Source of the DNA: an uncultured Acidobacteriota bacterium
Lineage (GTDB): Bacteria; Pseudomonadota; Alphaproteobacteria; Caulobacterales; Hyphomonadaceae
DNA length: 43,450 nt
Assembly: GCA_937881755.1 (NCBI GenBank)
Contig: CALGEF010000426.1
Coordinates: forward strand, 1 to 43,450
Direction: 5' to 3'
Every line of letters begins with the position of its first letter. Within the stretch, counting starts at the first letter, position 1. This document shows, one piece after another, positions 9,020 to 17,569 of this stretch. Below the pieces are notes generated by a model. That model was not told the DNA's origin, made no database searches, and saw only the letters and a list, made by a program, of their open reading frames with translations. The position numbers and the translations under genes were made by a program.

Positions 9020-10345
9020 TCAGAGCAGGAGATGGCGGAGAGGCTCTTCAAGACGCCCCGCGAAGCCGTCAACAAGCGCAAGCGCGGCATCCGCAAGTAG
9101 CTGCCCGTCGGCCCAGACGAGCGTGACGGTCAGCGCATCCCCACGCCCGCCGACCATAAGCACGGGGGCCCGGTCGGTCCCCATCTCGATCGCGGTGATC
9201 CGGCTGCCGCGAAGGTCGCGCAGGATCAGCGCGGGAAGCATCGGACTGGCGGCGGGATCCGTCCGGCCAAGCCTGTCATCCGGATCGGGGTAGACACGGT
9301 CGGCGCCCCGTCCCGTCACGGCGATGCAGAGGGGGCCCGTCGCGGGCATGGCCGCGCGCAGGCTTGCAGCCGCGAACCCCGCAAGCAGCGCCGTGGCATC
9401 GGTGATGCCGGCCGTTTCGGCCGCCCATGTGGCGAACGGCGTGAACCCGTCGCGGAGCGTGCCCGCGGCAAGCCGGTGGGACGCAGGCGCGGACGCGGGC
9501 GCGATGAATGCTTCAACATCGCGGGCGTGCACGGGCTGCGAGACGCCTGAGGCCACAAGCCTTGCCATGTCGATCCCGCGTTCAAGCGCGAGCCTGCGGG
9601 CCTTTGGCGAGGCAAGGATGCGGCCCTGCGGCGCGGATGCAGGCAAAACGGTCGGGGCGGGTCTGACGATGGCTGGTGCCGTGGCTGGGGGTGCTGCGGC
9701 CGGCGCAGGTGCGGCCGGCGCAGGTGCTGCGGGCTGGACCACCAGCGGCGTCCCTCCTGCCTCGGCCCGGGTCCGCCGCATGGGTGCGTCGGGCATCCGG
9801 TCCGACAGGATCGCCACTGTCTCGCCCACTGGCACCTCCTCGCCTTCGCCAGCAAGCAGGGCCGCGACATACCCCGCTGCGCTTGCGGGGACCTCCATCG
9901 TCGCCTTGTCGGTCTCCACCTCGAAGAGCACGTCGCCCTCGGCCACCTTGTCGCCCGGCGCCACGTGCCAGGCCACGACGATGCCCGTGTCCTGGGCCAT
10001 CCCAAGCTGTGGCATGGTCACGGCGCGGCCCTCCGGTATTGGCCCGGACGACCCCGGGCCTGTGGCGGACACCACCGGCGCGGCGGATGCCGACGCGGCT
10101 TCCTGCGGCGTTTCGCTGATCCGCGCGATCACGCGGCCAACCGGAACGTCCTCTCCTTCCGCCGCGCGCACCTCGGTCAGAAAGCCCGCGGCCTGAGCCT
10201 CGACCTCCATCGTTGCCTTGTCGGTCTCCACCTCGAACAGCGCTTCGCCCGCCACCACGCGCTCGCCCGGCTTCTTCAGCCAGGCCACGATTTTCCCGGC
10301 GTCCTGCGCCATGCCAAGCTGGGGCATGGTGACGTCATGCGGCAT
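9020..10345 (-). CDS. E2-like protein: two lipoyl domains, Ala/Pro linker, E1/E3-binding domain and a degenerate (His-less) acyltransferase domain
   Basis: MPQLGMAQD..EVETDKATMEV occurs twice; ILASPKARRLALERGIDM (PSBD); the C-terminus LTVTLVWADGQLLADAALALVDGFAGRLEEPLRHLL aligns to the E2 tail but lacks DHR. Confidence 0.88.
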   Translation of the reverse strand: MPHDVTMPQLGMAQDAGKIVAWLKKPGERVVAGEALFEVETDKATMEVEAQAAGFLTEVRAAEGEDVPVGRVIARISETPQEAASASAAPVVSATGPGSSGPIPEGRAVTMPQLGMAQDTGIVVAWHVAPGDKVAEGDVLFEVETDKATMEVPASAAGYVAALLAGEGEEVPVGETVAILSDRMPDAPMRRTRAEAGGTPLVVQPAAPAPAAPAPAAAPPATAPAIVRPAPTVLPASAPQGRILASPKARRLALERGIDMARLVASGVSQPVHARDVEAFIAPASAPASHRLAAGTLRDGFTPFATWAAETAGITDATALLAGFAAASLRAAMPATGPLCIAVTGRGADRVYPDPDDRLGRTDPAASPMLPALILRDLRGSRITAIEMGTDRAPVLMVGGRGDALTVTLVWADGQLLADAALALVDGFAGRLEEPLRHLLL

Positions 10346-11330
10346 GGATCATCTCTCCGGCGCACAGACGGCGGGCGGCCTCGGCAACCCTGTCGGGGGT
10401 GGGCACAGTCAGATCCTCGAGAACGGGCGAGAAGGGAACGGGGACGTCCATCGCCCCCATCCGCAGCACTGGCGCGTCAAGGTAATAGAATGCCTTTTCG
10501 TTCAGACGGCTGGCGATCTCGGCGGTCACGCCGTAGCTTTGGTGGCCCTCGTCGATCACGATGGCGCGGGACGTCTTCTTAACGGAGGCCAGAAGGGTGG
10601 CCTCGTCCAGCGGCACGATCGTGCGCGGGTCGATCACCTCGGCAGAGATGCCCGAAGACGCCAGCGCCTCGGCCGCCTTCATCGCCACCTGAACCATCGA
10701 AGAGGTCGCGATCAGCGTGATGTCGCGCCCCTCGCGCTTGATGTTGGCCTGTCCGAAGGGGATCAGGTATTCCTCCTCCGGCACCGGGGCCTTGTCCTGG
10801 TACATCAGCTTGTCCTCGAAGATCACGACCGGGTTGTTGTCGCGGATCGCGGTCTTGAGGAGGCCCTTCGCCTCGTAGGCAGAGGACGGCAGCGCCACCT
10901 TGAGCCCGGGGATGTGGGCCACCAATGCCTGAAGCGACTGGCTGTGCTGCGCGGCCGACCGGCGCGTGGCGCCAAGGTTCGTGCGCACGACAAGCGGCAC
11001 GTTCAGCTTGCCACCCGACATGTAGTGCGTCTTGGCCGCCTGGTTGCACAGCTGGTCCATGATGAGGAACAGGAAGTCGCCGAACATGATATCGACGACC
11101 GGCCGCGCCCCGGTCATCGCCGCGCCAACGGCCAGCCCCATGAAGCCGGGCTCGGAGATTGGCGTGTCGATCACGCGATCCTTCCCGAACTCCTGCACAA
11201 GACCCGAGAGCACCTTGAACGGTGTCCCCGCCTCCGCCACATCCTCGCCCAGGATAAAGACGGACGGGTCGCGGCGCATTTCTTCGGCCAGTGCCTCATT
11301 GACTGCCTGGCTCAGGGTGATCTCGCGCAT
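10335..11330 (-). CDS. TPP-dependent dehydrogenase E1 beta subunit (acetoin/pyruvate dehydrogenase family)
   Basis: LAEEMRRDPSVFILGEDVA, RVIDTPISE, AAQHSQSL, EVIDPRTIVPLD, LDAPVLR. Confidence 0.93.
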   Translation of the reverse strand: MREITLSQAVNEALAEEMRRDPSVFILGEDVAEAGTPFKVLSGLVQEFGKDRVIDTPISEPGFMGLAVGAAMTGARPVVDIMFGDFLFLIMDQLCNQAAKTHYMSGGKLNVPLVVRTNLGATRRSAAQHSQSLQALVAHIPGLKVALPSSAYEAKGLLKTAIRDNNPVVIFEDKLMYQDKAPVPEEEYLIPFGQANIKREGRDITLIATSSMVQVAMKAAEALASSGISAEVIDPRTIVPLDEATLLASVKKTSRAIVIDEGHQSYGVTAEIASRLNEKAFYYLDAPVLRMGAMDVPVPFSPVLEDLTVPTPDRVAEAARRLCAGEMIHAA

Positions 11331-11332
11331 GG

Positions 11333-12364
11333 TCAGGCTCCGATCCGGGTGGCGTGCAGGACGTCGGTGAAGACGTGCATGTCGACCTCCGACGGGTCGG
11401 GATAGGGTGCAGCCTCGGCATAGGCTACGGCGTCTTCAGCATCCTTGCGGATCTGGGCATTCATCGCCTCAATCTCGGCTTCAGCGGCGATCCCTTGCTC
11501 CACCAACCACGCGCGCATCCGGATGATCGGGTCGCGCTCGGTCTTCCAGAGGGTCTCTTCCTCTTTCGAACGATAATAGTCCCGGTTGATGTCGCCCACA
11601 TGGTGGCCGTGATAGCGATAGGTCTCCAGTTCGATGAAGAATGGTCCCTCGCCGCGGCGCGCACGGGCGACCAGACGCTCGGCAAGCTCGTTCACCGCCA
11701 GCACGTCCTGTCCGTCTACCCGGAAGGCCTCGATCCCGAAGGCCTCGGCGCGTGCGGTCAATGACCCTGCGGCGATCTCGGCGGTCTTGGTGTATTCGGA
11801 ATATCCATTGTTCTCGCAGGCGTAGATCACGGGCAACTTCCAGAGCGCAGCCATGTTCATCACCTCGTACAGGAGACCCTGCGCGGTGGCGCCGTCACCG
11901 AAGAAACAGACGGTGACATCGTCCTGGCCAAACAGCTTGGCGCGAAGCGCCGAGCCTGTGGCGATGCCCATCGATCCGCCGACAATGGCATTGGCGCCAA
12001 GGTTCCCGTGGCTTTGGTCGGCGATGTGCATCGACCCGCCCTTGCCCCGGCAATAGCCCTCGGCCTTGCCAAGAAGCTCGCAGAACATGGATCTGAACTC
12101 GGCGCCCTTGGCAACACAGTGGCCGTGGCCCCGGTGGGTCGAGGTGATCCGGTCGGTGTCGGTCAGCGCCTCGCAGATGCCGACGGCAACCGCCTCCTCG
12201 CCCGAATACATGTGGGTGAGGCCCGGCATCCGCGCGGTGAGATACAGCTGGTTCGCCTGCTCCTCGAAGGTCCGGATGCGGACCATCTGGCGGTACATCC
12301 TCAGGTATCGCTCCGCATTCGACCGGTCGGCCTGGGGTTCTGGCGTTGCCTTCATGCTCGTCAT
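11333..12364 (-). CDS. TPP-dependent dehydrogenase E1 alpha subunit (AcoA/PdhA family)
   Basis: GEEAVAVG, STHRGHGH, GKGGSMH, the TPP motif GDGA..ENN, and TYRYHGHHVGD. Confidence 0.93.
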   Translation of the reverse strand: MTSMKATPEPQADRSNAERYLRMYRQMVRIRTFEEQANQLYLTARMPGLTHMYSGEEAVAVGICEALTDTDRITSTHRGHGHCVAKGAEFRSMFCELLGKAEGYCRGKGGSMHIADQSHGNLGANAIVGGSMGIATGSALRAKLFGQDDVTVCFFGDGATAQGLLYEVMNMAALWKLPVIYACENNGYSEYTKTAEIAAGSLTARAEAFGIEAFRVDGQDVLAVNELAERLVARARRGEGPFFIELETYRYHGHHVGDINRDYYRSKEEETLWKTERDPIIRMRAWLVEQGIAAEAEIEAMNAQIRKDAEDAVAYAEAAPYPDPSEVDMHVFTDVLHATRIGA

Positions 12365-12422
12365 GTCATCTCGCCTCAAGGGCCGCGGCCGGGGGGGCTA
12401 CCCCGGCCAGACGGCAGGATAT

Positions 12423-13721
12423 TCAGTAACGGTTGGCGATCGGCAGTTCCTCGGCCGGAAACAGCGAGATGACCTCGCAGCCCGTGTCGGTCACCACCAC
12501 CTCCTCCTCGATCCGCGCGGCCGAGAACCCGTCGGTCGCCGGGCAATAGGTCTCCAGCGCAAAGACCATGCCGGTCTTGATCTCCATCGGGTGTTGGAGG
12601 CTGATCGCGCGGCTGATGATCGGCCGCTCATGCAGCGCGAGGCCAAGCCCGTGGCCGAACTGCAGCCCAAAAGCCGCATCCTCGCTGGGGAAGCCGAGGC
12701 TCTGGGCGGTTGGCCAGACTTCGGCAACCTTGTCGGTCGTGACGCCCGGCTTGATCATGGCGATCGAGGCGTCGATCCATTCCCGCGCCTTCACATAGGC
12801 GTCGTTCTGGGCGGGGGTGGCGCGGCCGATGTTGAACGTGCGGTAGTAGCAGGTCCGATAGCCCTGATAGGACTGCAGAATGTCGAAGAAGGCCTGGTCA
12901 CCAGGGCGGAAATAGCGGTCGGTGAAGTTGTGGGGGTGCGGATTGCAGCGCTCGCCGGAGATGGCATTGATCGCCTCGACGTCGTCCGAGCCCATCTCGT
13001 AGAGCATCTTGTTGGCCAGCGCGACGATGTCGTTCTCACGGATGCCGGGTTTCAGCGCCTCGTAGATGTGGTGATAGACACCGTCGACCATGCTGGCCGC
13101 CTGTGTCAGAAGCTGGATCTCGTCCCAGTTCTTGATCTCGCGCGCCGCAAGCATGATCTGCTGACCATCGATGACCTTGAGCCCTTCCTCCTGAAGCGCG
13201 TGGAACATCGCCGTCTCGGCATAGTCTAGACCCACCGGCATGTCGGCCATGCCCGCGTCGCGGATAAGCCCCGCGATCTCGCGGGCGTACTTCTTCATCA
13301 GCCCGAACTCGGGCGGGATCGTGCCGCGCATCCCGACAACGCCGGCGCGGCAATGATCGGGCTCCAGCCAGTCCGAGAACTTCTTGTGATGCATGGCGGC
13401 AGAGCCGAAATCCCAAACATAGGGGCTGTCATCGCCGGTCAGCAGGCAGAAGCGGCACATCTTGTCCCGCTCCCACTCGCCGATCTTGGTGGACGAGACG
13501 TAACGGATGTTGTTCACGTCAAACAGCAGGAGCGTGCCCGCCTCGCTGGCCTGCAGCGCCTGCCGGGTGCGCGACAGGCGATAGCGGCGGAGCCGATCGT
13601 GATCGATACGGCGCTCGAAATCAACCGCGGTGTGGCCCCATGCAGGCAGCCGACCTTCCCAGCGCCAGTTGGGCTCAAGATCGACGGGCTGCAAGACATT
13701 CGGCCTCAGGGCTCTATTCAT
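12423..13721 (-). CDS. M24 (Xaa-Pro peptidase/creatinase/DddP fold) protein
   Basis: Creatinase_N-like LLLFDVNNIRY; pita-bread domain AFFDIL..GYRTCYYRTF, FGHGLGLALHERP, GMVFALETY, ARIEEEVVVT. ATG at 13721 follows a GGAGG RBS. Confidence 0.88.
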   Translation of the reverse strand: MNRALRPNVLQPVDLEPNWRWEGRLPAWGHTAVDFERRIDHDRLRRYRLSRTRQALQASEAGTLLLFDVNNIRYVSSTKIGEWERDKMCRFCLLTGDDSPYVWDFGSAAMHHKKFSDWLEPDHCRAGVVGMRGTIPPEFGLMKKYAREIAGLIRDAGMADMPVGLDYAETAMFHALQEEGLKVIDGQQIMLAAREIKNWDEIQLLTQAASMVDGVYHHIYEALKPGIRENDIVALANKMLYEMGSDDVEAINAISGERCNPHPHNFTDRYFRPGDQAFFDILQSYQGYRTCYYRTFNIGRATPAQNDAYVKAREWIDASIAMIKPGVTTDKVAEVWPTAQSLGFPSEDAAFGLQFGHGLGLALHERPIISRAISLQHPMEIKTGMVFALETYCPATDGFSAARIEEEVVVTDTGCEVISLFPAEELPIANRY

Positions 13722-13790
13722 GGGATCCTCCGGTATCTGGGGCGCGGGCCGCAGCACGTTGCGCAAGAATCACGCAATGCTCCGTCCGTC

Positions 13791-13819
13791 ATTATGCAAA
13801 CGTTCGCCTTGCTTGTCAG
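13791..13819 (-). promoter_or_regulatory. sigma70-like promoter (CTGACA-17-CATAAT) with a LacI-type operator in the spacer (GCAAACGTTCGC, 13796-13807)
   Basis: Read directly upstream of the M24-E1-E2-ALDH-Mo hydroxylase operon. Confidence 0.6.
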
Positions 13820-13842
13820 CCCCCTGTCTCGGCTGGGGCCGG

Positions 13843-14925
13843 TCATGGCGTGACACCAAGCTGCGCGGCAAGCCAGTCGGCCGACTGCGGGCGGTACTTG
13901 TAGGGCCGGTTGTTCACAACATGCGTGCCGTCCTCGACCATGTTGAGTGTGACAGGCCCCGCGACGGACCGCGCGAGGTGCTCGGCATGTTCGGGCGGGA
14001 CCACCCGGTCCAACCGCCCGCCAACCACATAGAGCGGGCAGCGGATGCGTTGGGCGACACCGTCAAGGCTCATCCGCGCGGCCACCTGCGCCGCCTCTGC
14101 CGCGTCGCGGGTGTGGCAGCGGGCGATGAAGGCAGAACGGGTCAGTTCCGGGGCGCGGCCGAAGGCGTCGGCGAAGTCGAACGGCCCGGTCAGCGAGATG
14201 CAGGCCCGAACGCGCGGCTCGAATGCCGCGGCGCGCGGCGCATAGTAACCACCCAGGCTCACGCCCCAGAGACCGAGGCGGCTGGTGTCGAGGTCGCGCC
14301 GGGTCTCCAGCGTGTCGATCACCGCCGCGACCGGCGCCTCATAGTCGGGGCGGATCGGCAGATCGTATTCGGCCTCGCCCTGCCCCGGCCCGTCGAACGC
14401 GAAGGTTGCAATGCCACGGTCGAGAAAGACCTCCTCGTTCGTGCGCATTTCTTCCTTGGTGGAATCGAGGCCCATGCACATAACCACGACAGCAGGGCGC
14501 GCGATGCCGCGGGGCTTGCGCAGCACACCCCGCAGAACCTTGCCCTCATAGGGCACCTCGACCATCTCGCCCGGCGGATCGAGAAGCGGCAGCGCCCGCG
14601 CATGTGCCGCGAGCGCACGGAGATGCGCTGATCGCATCCGGGCCATGTCGTGGACGAAAAGAAACTTTCCGAAATGGTGGCAGACGGCCGCGGTCGCGAA
14701 ATGCTGGCCCGCGCTGAGGCGCCCCCCCTCAGCCAGTGCTGCCTCGCCAAGGTCTTCGTGGACCTGGCCCCGCGCAACCCATGCGTCGCACCATGCATCC
14801 CATTGACTGATGGACGACGTCACGTCCTGGAAATCCGCCAAAGGCACGCCGTTGGTCACCATGCGGTGCGCCCAATGCGCGGTGGCGGCGGCGACGCGGG
14901 GGTCGATGGTGTTGTCCGTGTTCAT
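13843..14925 (-). CDS. alpha/beta hydrolase, 2,6-dihydroxypseudooxynicotine hydrolase-like (C-C bond hydrolase family)
   Basis: RMVTNGV, GLDSTKEE, DRGIATFAFDGPGQGE, nucleophile GVSLGG, RLDRVV (Asp), EDGTHV (His). The motif order matches the Arthrobacter DHPON hydrolase as I recall it. Confidence 0.82.
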   Translation of the reverse strand: MNTDNTIDPRVAAATAHWAHRMVTNGVPLADFQDVTSSISQWDAWCDAWVARGQVHEDLGEAALAEGGRLSAGQHFATAAVCHHFGKFLFVHDMARMRSAHLRALAAHARALPLLDPPGEMVEVPYEGKVLRGVLRKPRGIARPAVVVMCMGLDSTKEEMRTNEEVFLDRGIATFAFDGPGQGEAEYDLPIRPDYEAPVAAVIDTLETRRDLDTSRLGLWGVSLGGYYAPRAAAFEPRVRACISLTGPFDFADAFGRAPELTRSAFIARCHTRDAAEAAQVAARMSLDGVAQRIRCPLYVVGGRLDRVVPPEHAEHLARSVAGPVTLNMVEDGTHVVNNRPYKYRPQSADWLAAQLGVTP

Positions 14926-14929
14926 CGTA

Positions 14930-15323
14930 TCAGCCCCTGCCCATGAGAATCGCGCCGAGAAAAACGGGGAGTAGCCCCGCGATGCATGCGGGCGACGCTT
15001 CCCGCACGGCAAATCCTGATGCGCCGAAATGCTCGGCCAGCATCGGGCCCGGAAGCTGCCCGGTGACGATGCTGACGGAGAACACAAAGGCCCCCGTCAC
15101 CGGCGCGATGACCACGTCCGCGCAGATCGCGCCTGACACCCCGGCAAGGTAGTCCCGCAGCGTCACGACCACCGCGAGACTGATCAGGCTGCAACAGCGG
15201 GACGTGAAGAACGGGACCGACATGGCCCCCGACTGCGCGCGACGGGATCGCGTTCAAAGGCGGTCGTGGGGCCACTCCGGCATGCACGACCATGGCCGCC
15301 AGCATGTAGGGATCGAGATGCAT
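14930..15323 (-). pseudogene. Frameshifted DMT-family (YdcZ/DUF606-like) small membrane transporter remnant
   Basis: The N-terminus MHLDPYMLAAMVVHAG..PLNA..RAVG is in one frame and the C-terminus VIAPVTGAFVFSVSIVTGQL..MLAEHFGASGFAVREASPACIAGLLPVFLGAILM is in another. The C-terminus resembles the GQL..xDHFG signature. Confidence 0.6.
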
Positions 15324-15359
15324 CTGGGGTCACGCCCTCCGAGCGCCGGATCGACGGTA

Positions 15360-15394
15360 AGGCCGCGCCCGGCGGTCCGGACAGGGCGCGGCCT
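15360..15394 (-). terminator. GC-rich hairpin downstream of the beta-hydroxyacid dehydrogenase gene
   Basis: AGGCCGCGCCC (15360-15370) / GGGCGCGGCCT (15384-15394); no clear U-tract. Confidence 0.4.
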
Positions 15395-15410
15395 GCAGTG
15401 AAAGGGCTGA

Positions 15411-16376
15411 CTATTCGGCCGCTTGCGGCACCTCGAGTCCGGTCGGATAGGGTGTCTCCTCGCTGACCAGCGTGATACCGGAGGCCAGCGCGACGGTCTG
15501 GAGGATGGCCGCGAAATCCTGCTGCAGGTAGCCCTCCGGGTCGTCCTTCAGAGATGCCGCGCCGAAATGGGCCTGCAACGCCTCGCGCGTGGCCGCCGTT
15601 ACCGGCATTGGCACCTCAAGCTTCCGTCCGGCTGCAAGACCAAGGTCGAGGTCCTTGCGCAAAAGCTCGGGCGTGAAGGTCGTCGTCCAGTCGAGGTTGA
15701 CAAAGGCGTTGGTCTTGTAGCGCGTAAAGATCGAGCCCATGACCGAGTTGTTCATGAAGTCGAGGAAAGCGGCGCGCGACACGCCCGCCTTTTGGGCGAG
15801 GATGGTGATCTCGGCAAGGTTCTGCGTGACGACGCCCAGAAACACGTTGTGGGCGATCTTGCAGAAGCGGGCGAGTTCGCCCTCGCCCACGTAGGACACG
15901 CCGTTGGCGGCGATGGCCTCGATCAGAGGGCGAACGGTTGCATAATGCGCTTCGGGACCGGAGACGACAGCGCTAAGCTTGCCTGCCTTCACGCACTTGC
16001 CGTTGCCGCTTACGGGCGAACAGATCAGGTCCGCACCATGCTCTGCAAGCCGCTGGCGCAATGCCGCCGAATGCTCGACCCCGATCGAGGAAAAGTCGAG
16101 GAAAATCTTGGGGACCGACCCACCGGACAGCACGCCCTCTGCTCCGAAATAGACCTCCTCCACATCCTTGCCGGTGGAAACCATGGTGGCGAGGATGTCG
16201 ACCCCGGCGAGGTCAGCGGGCGAGTTCACGAGTGTCGCACCCTTTGCCTCAAGCGGCGCGGCCTTGGCGCGGGTGCGGTTCCATACATGGACGTCGTAAC
16301 CCGCCTTCACCAGCCGTTCAGCCATGGGATACCCCATGCGCCCCATTCCAATCCAACCAATCTTCGGCTTCGACAT
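15411..16376 (-). CDS. NAD(P)-dependent beta-hydroxyacid dehydrogenase (3-hydroxyisobutyrate/6PGDH-like family)
   Basis: IGWIGMGRMGYPMA, WNRT, CSPVSGN, KIAHN, FTPELLRKDLDLGL. Confidence 0.88.
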   Translation of the reverse strand: MSKPKIGWIGMGRMGYPMAERLVKAGYDVHVWNRTRAKAAPLEAKGATLVNSPADLAGVDILATMVSTGKDVEEVYFGAEGVLSGGSVPKIFLDFSSIGVEHSAALRQRLAEHGADLICSPVSGNGKCVKAGKLSAVVSGPEAHYATVRPLIEAIAANGVSYVGEGELARFCKIAHNVFLGVVTQNLAEITILAQKAGVSRAAFLDFMNNSVMGSIFTRYKTNAFVNLDWTTTFTPELLRKDLDLGLAAGRKLEVPMPVTAATREALQAHFGAASLKDDPEGYLQQDFAAILQTVALASGITLVSEETPYPTGLEVPQAAE

Positions 16377-16428
16377 GACGCCCAATCCCCCGTTCCGCAT
16401 GACGCCCAACGGGTCTGTCAGGAGACCC

Positions 16429-16440
16429 GCAATCGATTGC
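16429..16440. promoter_or_regulatory. LacI-type operator GCAATCGATTGC (perfect palindrome)
   Basis: Lies in the divergent region between the dehydrogenase and lacI, downstream of a minus-strand TTGACA at 16469-16464. Confidence 0.75.
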
Positions 16441-16537
16441 ACTGTTACCCAAGCGTTCCAAGGTGTCAAGCCGCGTTCGCAACCCTTTGCGGCTTGCGTG
16501 ACTTTTGGCTATGATCTTGCAAACATGGGATGCAAAC

Positions 16538-17563
16538 ATGAAAAAGAGCACAACACTCAAGGATATCGCTCGCGCCACCGGGGTGCATGTGTCCACGGTG
16601 TCGCGCGCATTGACGCCCAACGGCGGGGCCTCTCTCTCGCAGGAGGTGGTGGAACGCATCCGCAAGGCTGCCGAGGCGATGGACTACCGCCCGAACCGGC
16701 TTGCCTCGGGCCTGCGGACAAGCCGAACAATGACGGTCGGCGTCATGATCCCGGACATCACCAACAACCTGTTTCCGCCCATCGTGCGCGGCATCGAGGG
16801 CTTTCTCGAACCGAACGGCTACGCTTCTATCCTGGTGAACACAGACAACGACATTGCGCGGGAACAGCGCCTGATGGACGTGCTGCGCGAACGGGGTGTG
16901 GATGGCGTCATTAACGCCGCCGTCCGCGCCGACGACGGGCAGATGGAGCGCTTTGCCGCGGGGCTGCCGGTTGTGACAGTGAACCGCAAGGTCGAGAACA
17001 GCACGATTCCCAGCGTGATCAGTGATGATGTTGGTGGCGTGCGGATGATGGTCCATCGGCTTGCGAAGTTGGGTCACCGGCGCATCGGCCATGTCGCGGG
17101 GCCGGCGGACCTGTCCACCGGTGTCGACCGGCGTGCCGCGTTCGAGACCGCGATGCGCACGCTGGGTCACGACGCCCCAGCCCGGCTGGTCGTGACGGCC
17201 TCGTACTACACCGAGGCCGAGGGGGCGCGCTGCGCGGACCTGCTGCTTGACCGGGACGAGGGCGTCACCGCGATCCTCTGCGCAAACGATCGACTGGCGC
17301 TGGGCGCGCTCGAGGCGCTTCGCGCCCGGGGTCTTTCCTGCCCCGGCGACATTTCCGTCACAGGGTTCAACGACATCCCGTTTCTTGACCTGATTCCGCC
17401 GGGCCTGACGACCGTTCAGATCCTGCAGTACGACATCGGGCGGACGGCGGCGGAGATACTCGTGAAGCTGATGACGATGCCCGAACGCAGGGTTCCGTCG
17501 ACGACGATCCTGCCGGTCAGCATCGTCGAACGCGGCAGCATCGGACCGGTAAAGCAGCCCTGA
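16538..17563 (+). CDS. LacI-family transcriptional regulator
   Basis: TLKDIARATGVHVSTVSRAL (HTH), YRPNRLASGLR, AILCANDRLALG, DISVTGFND. A candidate promoter TTGCGG-17-TATGAT lies at 16487-16515. Confidence 0.96.
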   Translation: MKKSTTLKDIARATGVHVSTVSRALTPNGGASLSQEVVERIRKAAEAMDYRPNRLASGLRTSRTMTVGVMIPDITNNLFPPIVRGIEGFLEPNGYASILVNTDNDIAREQRLMDVLRERGVDGVINAAVRADDGQMERFAAGLPVVTVNRKVENSTIPSVISDDVGGVRMMVHRLAKLGHRRIGHVAGPADLSTGVDRRAAFETAMRTLGHDAPARLVVTASYYTEAEGARCADLLLDRDEGVTAILCANDRLALGALEALRARGLSCPGDISVTGFNDIPFLDLIPPGLTTVQILQYDIGRTAAEILVKLMTMPERRVPSTTILPVSIVERGSIGPVKQP

Positions 17564-17569
17564 CCGGTG

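Noticed and set aside
9880-10330. DNA direct repeats within the E2-like gene
   Set aside because: Explained by the duplicated lipoyl domains; not an independent repeat element.
12423-13721. Calling this gene dddP (DMSP lyase) or pepP
   Set aside because: The fold is similar, but a metal ligand is changed (Asp to Cys) and there are no acrylate/DMSP genes nearby, so no symbol was assigned.
4060-14925. Canonical nicotinate (nic) or nicotine pathway assignment
   Set aside because: Key partners (6-hydroxynicotinate monooxygenase or reductase, 2,5-dihydroxypyridine dioxygenase, maleamate amidase, 6-hydroxynicotine oxidase) are not recognisable in the window.
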